Source: Alphaproteobacteria bacterium
Lineage (GTDB): Bacteria; Pseudomonadota; Alphaproteobacteria; UBA828
NCBI GenBank assembly: GCA_963422645.2
Contig: CAXXVO010000017.1
Span: 32,001 to 96,000 of the forward strand
Direction of reading: 5' to 3'
DNA: 64,000 nt
In this document: piece by piece, positions 54,853 to 64,000 of the stretch
Position numbering within the stretch: the first letter of the stretch is position 1
Layout: each line of letters opens with the position of its first letter
Translations under genes and position numbers: made by a program
Notes under the pieces: model-generated
The model's input: the letters and a program-made list of their open reading frames with translations, nothing else
Told to the model about the DNA's origin: nothing
Databases searched by the model: none

Positions 54853-57212
54853 TCAGACTTCCTGACCTCTGCTGATTTTAGGTGACACGAGCCGCGCGGA
54901 TTCCGAGGCCCCGTCGATGTCGTAGACTATGCGCAGACGGGTGCCGGGGAAGACCGTTTCGGTGGCGTTCAGGTCGCTCAGAACCGCATCGATCCAACGG
55001 TCGCAGGCGTCGTTTGCGAGGCCAAGAATGTGGACCCGCAGGAGGCCATTGCCAGGATCCGGCAGGATGTCGGCATCGGCGGTGAGCAGCGCTTGAAGCA
55101 GTTTCCGGGGATGGGGCTTGTGGCCCTGCGCCTGCATGACGGGAAGCATCATGCGGGTTTCGGCGCGGTAGGCGATCATCCGGATGACGTCGAGGAGGAG
55201 GCGCTCGCGCGCGGGCAAGGCATCGAGCTGCTCGGCTTCGTCGAGGTCGCCGGCCCGGCAGTGCTTGGGCGTCTCCCTGCGGCTGGCCCTGACGATGTCG
55301 CGGACATCCTGGAGGTCCCTGACTTCCCTCCTGAGTTCCGCCGTCGGCTGCTTCTTCCGGGCCGTGTCGGCGATGCGGTTGCGCAGGCGGCCAAGCTGGC
55401 GGTCGAGGCGATGGATTGCCTTGTCATAGGCCCGCCGCAGCGGGTTGACGACCATGGCGGCGGGATCGAGAGGCTCGAGCTCGTGGGTCGGCAGGGCGTC
55501 GAGATTGAACTCGTCACGCATGTACTTGAAGAAGTTCTCCTGCGACCAGCGCGAGAACATGGCGCCCGCAACCTCAGCCATCGGCTTGTGCGGATCGGTG
55601 GTGATCAGCGGCACCTGACGGCCGTTGTCGAGCAGGCGGCGGATCTGGCGCACCCTGAAGCCGTTCGGCAACGTCACCGGCTTCTCAGCCAGCCGCATGG
55701 TGGCGCTGCCGTCCGCCGCCGGTCCGTGAATGGGAACGGTCATCGCGCCGAAGTCCTCGGCCGGCCAGTCCTCGCCCCTGAAGTTCTTGTGCCAGGTCAG
55801 GCAGGCGACGCCGCGCCTCGCCAGCCGGCGGAACAGATCCGGGCTCCAGCCCTCGCGGTCGAAGACCAGGGTGAGCGCCGGCTGGCCGGGATGCTCGGCG
55901 GTCAGGTCCGGCGCCCCGGCGCCAACGATCCCAAGCTCCTGCAGCGCCGGCACCACGTCGGCTTCGATGGCCGCGACCATCTTCGGGTCCAGCGGCTTGT
56001 GCAGACAGAGCAGCGGCTTGCCGCCCAGAGCGTTGATCCAGTAGCTGGCGCTCGCCGGCAGGCACAGCTTCTCGCGCGAGACGAAGTGCTTGGGCAAGCG
56101 CCCCTTGCGGCCGGAGTAGACCTTGACGTGCCCGTCGATGGCCAGCGTCGCCCAGAGCTCCGGCTCGTCGGCGCCTGCCAGCGCCTGGCAAGGGCGAGCT
56201 GCCACGCCCGCACGCCGGCCTCGTCGTCGGCGATGAGAGCGATCTTGCGGCGCAGCGTCTTGACCTCGGGGCAGCGATCGAGGCCGAGAATGGCGCCCCA
56301 TTCGCCCGGCGCCTGGTAGCGCAGGCTCTCGGGGTTGCGCACCCGCGCCAAGGTCATGAAGGCCAGGAAGAGCAGGATCGTAGGCAAGCCGTAATAGCCC
56401 TTCGGCAGCAATGGCAGGAGACCGGTCTCGGAGAGAAGACCTTCCTTCAGCAGGGCCGGCAGGGCGGCGAGCACGCCGCCGAAGCGGACACCGCGGGCGG
56501 CGGCGGCGAACTGCGGTTCGACCGGCCCCGCCTGTCCACAACTGGCCAGAACCCGAGCCGGAACATCGCAAGTCGCACGCCCCATCGGCGCCTGCCGGTC
56601 CCGCCGATCGCGCGCGCTGCGATCCGTTTGCGGCTGCGCTTCCAGCCCCGGCGCCGTCTCCGGCCCCGGGGCACCGGTACTCTCTTCATCGACACGGCCT
56701 TCAGGAGCCGCACCCGCGTCAGGCGGCGCAGCCAGCGCTGAGCGTCCGGGCTCCCCATCCGCCTCCGTGTTGCCGATCAGTCCCTGACGGCGCCACTTGT
56801 TGACCGATGGCGCTGACACGCCGAGAACCCGGGCCGCCGCAGAGCCGCTCAGGCCCGATGCCAGCAACGCCGTCGCCTTCTCCGCCAACTCCGGAGTGAA
56901 CACCGACGGCCCGCGACCGCGCCGGGGCTTCATGAACCCCGCTTCGCCCTCGGCCAGGTAGCGCCGTCGTGCGCGCTGCACCGTCGCGCGCGAGACAGCG
57001 AAAGCGTCAGCCAGTTCCTGCGGCGAGACCGCGCTGATCGCCGCGAGGCGGCCGATCCGCAAGAGCATGGCCGTGCGGTCATCGGCGGCGTGGCTGTCAA
57101 AGGGAATGAGGTTGGAAAAGTAGGTGAAGGTGTCGTCCGAGATCAGGACGGCGAAGCAGCTGTTGCCGATCGAGACCGCCTCTGGAGGGCACATTGGGAG
57201 GGTACTGGGCAT
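54853..57212 (-). CDS. element X putative transposase with the same frameshift
   Basis: ORFs 55902..57212 and 54853..56571 are identical to copy 2. Confidence 0.72.
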
Positions 57213-57366
57213 GGTTGAGACCGTGCAATTGGTATCAAATTATAATATCAGACCTCGGGCGCGACACCCAGCGAAAAACCGCCTGAAACAACCGAAATGT
57301 ATCAGAATTCAAGGAGTTCCCGGCACGCTGCCCAGAACAGCCAGCATCACGAGGTCAGGAAGTCTG
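54854..57366 (-). mobile_element. element X copy 3 with 5-bp duplication AACCT
   Basis: AACCT at 54849-54853 and 57367-57371; the empty site is visible in IS66 copy A. Confidence 0.92.
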
Positions 57367-57537
57367 AACCTGGGCAGTTACCGATTCCGTAGAACGCAGA
57401 GTTGTTCTATTGGATTCCGTAGTTGTGCGTGGGGTTCCGCCGCGCGAAACCCGTGGATATGCTTGCCCGTCATTCGAATTCATGTGCTGCGCCGCGACGC
57501 CTCAAGTCGACCGGCGCTCTCTCCGAGGATATCCGCG

Positions 57538-58308
57538 ATGACCGCCGACTACGAGACCATGAAATTGACCCGCGAAGGCCGGCTGCTGCGCATCGAACTG
57601 ACGCGGCCGGAACGGCTGAACGCCTTCGCCATGACCGGCACGCGCGAGCTGCTCGACGCGGCCCACAGCATCGCCGCCGACAAGGATGTGCGCATGGTGT
57701 CGATCACGGGAACGGGCCGGGCGTTTTCAACCGGAATCGGCCTCAAGGATCTCGCTGCCGGGACGATCGAGCAGAGTTATTTCGACATGTGGGACGAGGC
57801 GCTCCGGGTGTTCGAGACGATGGACAAGCTCGTGCTCTGCCTGATTCACGGATACGCCGTCGGCGGCGGCCTGCAGCTCGCGCTGGCCTGCGACATCCGG
57901 GTCTGCACGCCTTCGGCCCAGCTCGGCCTGCCCGCGATCAAAGAGGGACTGATCCCCGGCTTGGGCACTTTCCGCCTGGCACGTTATGTCGGGCTCGGCC
58001 GAGCCAAGTCCCTGATCATTCGTGGCAACATGATCGACGGCACCGAGGCCGAGCGCATCGGGATGGTCGACCACCTGGTTGTCGAGGAGACCGCGTTCGA
58101 CGAATACGAGGTCTATCTCACCGAGTACGCCGCCACGAACTCAGCCGGGTGCCGTGCCTCGAAGCAGATGCTGCTCGATTGCTTCGATCTCGGCTGGGAG
58201 GGCTTCTTCCACAAGTATCTGGTGCTGCAGGGCAAGGCCATGGCTGCGCCCGACTTCGCAGAGGCTATGGAGGCCTACCTGGAAGGCCGCGATCCGCGCT
58301 GGGTATAG
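57538..58308 (+). CDS. enoyl-CoA hydratase/isomerase family protein
   Basis: LTRPERLNA, AFSTG, HGYAVGGGLQLALACDIR, GLPAIKEGLIPG. Confidence 0.88.
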   Translation: MTADYETMKLTREGRLLRIELTRPERLNAFAMTGTRELLDAAHSIAADKDVRMVSITGTGRAFSTGIGLKDLAAGTIEQSYFDMWDEALRVFETMDKLVLCLIHGYAVGGGLQLALACDIRVCTPSAQLGLPAIKEGLIPGLGTFRLARYVGLGRAKSLIIRGNMIDGTEAERIGMVDHLVVEETAFDEYEVYLTEYAATNSAGCRASKQMLLDCFDLGWEGFFHKYLVLQGKAMAAPDFAEAMEAYLEGRDPRWV

Positions 58309-58338
58309 TTCGCCTGCGCCGCGGGGTTTACGCGAATT

Positions 58339-58602
58339 CTAGCCGCGGCTCTGCATCTTCTCCCTGGCGCGGGCCTGCTTCTCGAAGATGCGCGCGGCGG
58401 CGAAGGCACCGTAGGTGGCGACACAGAAGGGCACGCAGTAGGTCAACCCGAGCTTGAACCAGTTGATCGGGCCGTCGCCGGTTATGTATTCGCCCTGATT
58501 GATCATGTTGAGAATGGTGCCGACGACCGCGCCCACCATCAGCGAGTTGCGTATCACGGGCCATGTGAAGGTGCGTTGTAGCGGCGTCGGCTTGGTCATC
58601 AT
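58339..58602 (-). CDS. NrtS-like small membrane protein
   Basis: VVGTILNMINQG...LTYCVPFCVATYG. Confidence 0.7.
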   Translation of the reverse strand: MMTKPTPLQRTFTWPVIRNSLMVGAVVGTILNMINQGEYITGDGPINWFKLGLTYCVPFCVATYGAFAAARIFEKQARAREKMQSRG

Positions 58603-58644
58603 GGCTCGGTTCCGGGTTGTCTGGGCGCCTGCACCGCGCTCGGC

Positions 58645-59547
58645 TCAGCGGTGGTTGGCGGCGTCTTCGCGGCGGTAGGGGTGGGCCGGGTAGACGCCCA
58701 TGATCCGCACCTCGCGCGAGAAGTAGTCAAGCTCGTTCAAGGCCCGCCCCAGCCCAATGTCCGCCGGGTGGCCCTCGACCTCGGCGAAGAACACCGTCGC
58801 AGAGAAGGTGCCGCCCACCATGTAGCTCTCAAGCTTCGCCATGTTCACCCCGTTGGTGGCGAAGCCGCCCAGGCACTTGTAGAGCGCCGCCGGCACGTTG
58901 CGGCACTCGAACATGAACGAGGTGATCATCGGCCCCTCGTCGAGCTCGGGGTCGAGCGGCTCCCGCGACAGCACCACGAAGCGGGTCGTGTTGTGCGCCT
59001 CGTCCTCGATGTCCGCCTCCACCACCGCAAGCCCGTAGGTCTCGGCCGAAAGCCGGGACGCGATCGCCGCCCGCGTGGCATCGCCCGCCGCCGCCACCTC
59101 GGCCGCGGCGCCTGCGGTATCGACATGCACGACCGGCAACAGCCCCAGCCGCGCGATCAGCTTGCGGCATTGGGAGAGCGCGTGCACGTGCGAGTGCACG
59201 GTCTTGAGCCCCGAGGGGTCGGCACCGGGGCAGGCGAGGAGGTTATGGCGGACCCGCTCGAAGTGCTCGGCGATGATGTGGAGGTCGGACTTGGGCAGGA
59301 GCTGATGAATGTCGGCGACGCGGCCTGCGGCGGAGTTCTCGATCGGGATCATGGCGCGCGCCGCGCGGCCCTCGAAGACCGCAGCGAAGGTATCGCCGAA
59401 GGTCTTGCAGGGGAGCGTGGTCATCGCCGGATAGCGTGCGACGCAGGCGGCCTCGGAATAGGCGCCCGGCGCCCCCTGGAAGGCGATCACGGTGGCCGGA
59501 TCACGGGCCGGATCGCTGCCACTGTCTGGGATGGAGGGTGAGGACAT
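58645..59547 (-). CDS. pheA: prephenate dehydratase
   Basis: IAFQGAPGAYS, PIENS, HNTTRF, ACT domain VNMAKLESY. Confidence 0.93.
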   Translation of the reverse strand: MSSPSIPDSGSDPARDPATVIAFQGAPGAYSEAACVARYPAMTTLPCKTFGDTFAAVFEGRAARAMIPIENSAAGRVADIHQLLPKSDLHIIAEHFERVRHNLLACPGADPSGLKTVHSHVHALSQCRKLIARLGLLPVVHVDTAGAAAEVAAAGDATRAAIASRLSAETYGLAVVEADIEDEAHNTTRFVVLSREPLDPELDEGPMITSFMFECRNVPAALYKCLGGFATNGVNMAKLESYMVGGTFSATVFFAEVEGHPADIGLGRALNELDYFSREVRIMGVYPAHPYRREDAANHR

Positions 59548-59750
59548 GTTGTGGGAGCCTGACGCATAGGGGCCGCCGCAGCGGGCGCCGCTGGAACAGG
59601 CGCCGGACTATCCGCGCAGGGCGATGAGGTGTCAACGCGGGCAATGCCGCTGTTGCCATAAAGATTCCCGTGGATGGCGGAGAGCGACGCGCCATATAGT
59701 CTGCCGGGAGCAATCGATATCGGAAAGCGGCGGCAACGGCCCGCCAGACA

Positions 59751-61409
59751 GTGGGAACGATGATCGACTTCCGGACTCACCCGGACCAATACCGCCACTG
59801 GCGGCTCGCCATCGACGGCGACATCGCCACGCTTGCGCTCGACGTGGACGAGAATGGCGGCATCGCCGGCGACTATGCGCTGAAGCTCAACTCCTACGAT
59901 CTCGGCGTCGATATCGAGCTTGCAGATGCCGCCCGGCGACTGCGATTCGAGCATCCGCAGGTGCGCGCGGTGGTGCTCGCGTCGGCGAAGGAGCGCGTGT
60001 TCTCCGCCGGTGCGAACATCCCGATGCTCTCGCGCTCGTCGCATGTCGACAAGGTCAACTTCTGCAAGTTCACCAACGAGACCCGCAACGGCATCGAGGA
60101 TGCCTCGGCCAACGCGGGCCAGCGCTGGATGACCGTGATCGCCGGCACCGCCGCCGGCGGCGGCTACGAGCTCGCGCTCGCGACCGACCACATCCTCCTG
60201 GTCGATGACGGATCGACTGCCGTGTCGCTGCCCGAGGTGCCGCTGCTCGCGGTTCTGCCGGGCACCGGCGGGCTCACCCGCGTCGTCGACAAGCGCTGCG
60301 TCAGGCGCGACCGCGCCGATTATTTCTGCACCACGGGCGAAGGCGTACGCGGGCAACGCGCGCTGGAATGGAAGCTGGTGGACGAGCTGGTGCCGCGCTC
60401 GCGATTGGACGATGCCGTCGCCGGCCGCGCCGCCGCGCTTGCCGAGGGTTCGGACCGGCCTGCCGATGCGCGCGGCATCGTGCTGCCGCCGCTGGAGCGC
60501 ACGGTGAGCGAGGATGCGGTCGCCTACCGCCATGTCCAGGTCGCGCTCGACCGGGCGCGGGGCACGGCAACGCTCACGGTGGCCGCGCCCGAGGCGCCGC
60601 CGCCTGCCGAGCCCGACGCGATCCACGCCGCCGGCGCCGACTTCTGGCCGCTGGCACTCGCGCGCGAGCTTGACGATGCGATCCTGCACCTGCGCTTCAA
60701 CGAGCCTGCGCTCGGCACCTGGGTTCTCAAGACGACGGGAGCGGCGGCGCACGTCGCGGCGGCGGATGCGGCGCTCGCGGCCAACGACGGCGACTGGCTG
60801 GTGCGCGAGATCACCCTCTACCTGAAGCGCACCCTGAAGCGCCTCGACGTGAGCGCGCGCAGCCTGATCGCGCTGATCGAGCCGGGCTCCTGCTTTACCG
60901 GTACGCTGCTGGAGCTCGCGCTTGCGGCCGACAGGAGCTTCATGCTGGACGGCGCTTTCGAAGGCTCGAACGAGGCGGCGGCAACGGTGCGTCTCACGGC
61001 CTTGAACACCGGCCCGCTGCCGATGGCGAACGGGCTGTCGCGCCTCGCCAGCCGCTTCCTCGACGATGACGCGGCACTGGCGGCAGCGCACGATGCCGTG
61101 GACACCGACCTTGACGCAGAGGCGGCGGAGTCGTTGGGGCTCGTCACCTTCATTCCCGACGACATCGACTGGGAGGACGAGGTGCGCATCGCCATCGAGG
61201 CACGCGCGGCGTTCTCGCCCGATGCGCTCAGCGGCATGGAGGCCTCGCTCCGCTTCGCCGGGCCGGAGACCCTGGAGACCAAGATTTTTGGCCGGCTCTC
61301 CGCCTGGCAGAACTGGATCTTCCAGTGCCCCAACACCGTGGGCCCCGACGGGGCGCTCAAGCTCTACGGGTCGGGCGTGCAGCCCACCTTCGACCGCAAC
61401 CGCGTCTAG
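59751..61409 (+). CDS. boxC: 2,3-epoxybenzoyl-CoA dihydrolase
   Basis: LKLNSYDLGVDIEL, KVNFCKFTNETRN, PEVPLLAVLPGTGG, KIFGRLSAWQNWIF. Confidence 0.93.
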   Translation: MGTMIDFRTHPDQYRHWRLAIDGDIATLALDVDENGGIAGDYALKLNSYDLGVDIELADAARRLRFEHPQVRAVVLASAKERVFSAGANIPMLSRSSHVDKVNFCKFTNETRNGIEDASANAGQRWMTVIAGTAAGGGYELALATDHILLVDDGSTAVSLPEVPLLAVLPGTGGLTRVVDKRCVRRDRADYFCTTGEGVRGQRALEWKLVDELVPRSRLDDAVAGRAAALAEGSDRPADARGIVLPPLERTVSEDAVAYRHVQVALDRARGTATLTVAAPEAPPPAEPDAIHAAGADFWPLALARELDDAILHLRFNEPALGTWVLKTTGAAAHVAAADAALAANDGDWLVREITLYLKRTLKRLDVSARSLIALIEPGSCFTGTLLELALAADRSFMLDGAFEGSNEAAATVRLTALNTGPLPMANGLSRLASRFLDDDAALAAAHDAVDTDLDAEAAESLGLVTFIPDDIDWEDEVRIAIEARAAFSPDALSGMEASLRFAGPETLETKIFGRLSAWQNWIFQCPNTVGPDGALKLYGSGVQPTFDRNRV

Positions 61410-61418
61410 CACGGGAAG

Positions 61419-62843
<1,425 letters not shown>

Positions 62844-62913
62844 GGGAGGCCAGGAATCTGGCCGGACTGCGCTCGGACAGAGGCGGTCCGGCATACGGAT
62901 CGAGCTAGGACAC

Positions 62914-63711
62914 ATGCAGGAACCCCCGCCGCCACCCCTGCTGGAGCGCGAAGGCCGGGACACGATCGCCTACCGGGCGATGGCGGGCAGCGCGCCTGGC
63001 GTGATGTTCTGCGGCGGCTTCATGTCTGACATGACCGGCACCAAGGCCACTGCGCTTGAGGCCCACTGCCGCCGCACGGGCCGCGCCTTTGTGCGTTTCG
63101 ACTATTCCGGGCACGGCGCCTCGGGCGGCGCGTTTCGGGACGGCAGCATCGGCGCATGGCGGGACGACGCGCTGGCGGTGCTCGACCGCGTCGCCAGCGG
63201 GCCGCAGATCCTGGTCGGCTCCAGCATGGGCGGCTGGATCGTGCTGCTGCTCGCGCTGGCGCGGCCCGAGCGCGTGGCCGGCCTCGTCGGCGTCGCAGCA
63301 GCGCCCGATTTCACCGAGGACCTCATCTGGTCCACGCTCGACGACGAAGGGCGGCGGACCCTCGCCGAGACCGGCGAAATCGTGATGCCCTGCGACTATG
63401 GCGACGACCCCTATCCCATCACCATGGGCCTGATCGAGGAAGGGCGCGATCACCTCCTGCTGGGCGAGCCCATCGGGCTCAGGTGCCCGATCCATCTGCT
63501 GCAGGGCATGCGTGACGAGGACGTGCCCTGGCGCACTGCCCTGCGCATCGCCGAGCAGGTCGAGAGCGACAGCGTCGTGGTTGAGCTGATAAAGGACGGC
63601 GACCACCGCCTCTCGCGCGATGAGGACCTCGCCCGGCTCACCGCGGCCGTGGTGGGAATCGCCCGTGCTGACGCCGCTTCAAATCATGGTGAGCACGGCG
63701 GGCGGCGCTAG
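62914..63711 (+). CDS. alpha/beta hydrolase
   Basis: GGFMSDMTGTKA, RFDYSGHG, GSSMGG, DGDHRLSR. Confidence 0.9.
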   Translation: MQEPPPPPLLEREGRDTIAYRAMAGSAPGVMFCGGFMSDMTGTKATALEAHCRRTGRAFVRFDYSGHGASGGAFRDGSIGAWRDDALAVLDRVASGPQILVGSSMGGWIVLLLALARPERVAGLVGVAAAPDFTEDLIWSTLDDEGRRTLAETGEIVMPCDYGDDPYPITMGLIEEGRDHLLLGEPIGLRCPIHLLQGMRDEDVPWRTALRIAEQVESDSVVVELIKDGDHRLSRDEDLARLTAAVVGIARADAASNHGEHGGRR

Positions 63712-63777
63712 GCAGCGTGCCCTGGGGCAACTATCTATGCCCCAAGTGGACGGTCGGCAAACACTGGAGCAACAGCC

Positions 63778-64000
63778 ATGTCGGGTATCGGAGTCTTGGG
63801 GCGGGTCGCCACCGTCGTCGCGCTAGTCGGCGTCGCAGTCTACAGCGGTGTCGCAGTCGCGGCAGAAGCAGAGACGCTCCGCGCGCTGGATCAGCGCACC
63901 GACGGGAGCCGGGTCCTCAACCTGGTGCTGAACGACGGGCCGATGGAGCCGCCGCCGATCGCCTTCATCGACGAGGCCGGCGATGAGAAGAACCTCGCCG
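63778..64000 (+). CDS. probable TlpA-family thiol-disulfide oxidoreductase, 5' part only
   Basis: Membrane anchor followed by PPIAFIDEAGDEKNLA; any CxxC motif would lie beyond the window. Confidence 0.5.
   Translation, partial: MSGIGVLGRVATVVALVGVAVYSGVAVAAEAETLRALDQRTDGSRVLNLVLNDGPMEPPPIAFIDEAGDEKNLA

Larger units (their letters stand above)
52976..57381 (+). mobile_element. IS66 copy B with 8-bp duplication, containing element X copy 3 at its right end
   Basis: CGATTCCG at 52968-52975 and 57382-57389; GTAACTGCCCAGGT termini. Confidence 0.93.

Overview
High-GC alphaproteobacterial chromosome segment. The flanks are ordinary metabolic genes. On the left (1-16.3 kb) are a quinone oxidoreductase, DUF1013/TrcR, ald, mmsA, two amidases, three carbon-nitrogen hydrolases, Mug, an M20 amidohydrolase and a MetE-like protein. 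On the right (57.5-64 kb) are an enoyl-CoA hydratase, an NrtS-like protein, pheA, boxC, boxB, an alpha/beta hydrolase and a TlpA-like start. Between 16.3 and 57.4 kb lies a deeply nested mobile-DNA hotspot. It holds three near-identical IS21 copies, two full and one partial IS66 (single-ORF type), three copies of an unclassified 2513-bp IS with CAGACTTCCTGACCTC ends, IS630, an IS4-type element with a DUF4338-transposase fusion, an IS110, an IS5 relic and an ORF-less group IIC intron 5' half. It also carries decayed AbiEii and Mod genes, a tandem tyrosine-integrase pair and a cspA/hypothetical/second rpoD-like module. The best candidate for an undescribed system is a TG...CA transposon at 29466-36422 with a 5-bp target duplication. 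It encodes a Zn-finger/HTH protein, a Mu/rve-type DDE transposase, an ExeA-type AAA ATPase, a RepA/AAA_25-type helicase and a TOPRIM primase, plus an origin-like GTTCCC palindrome. Its primase is interrupted by an IS110 whose left non-coding end contains 7-nt matches to both its own target and its own donor junction, as expected for a bridge RNA. All family assignments come from motif recognition by eye, without database searches.
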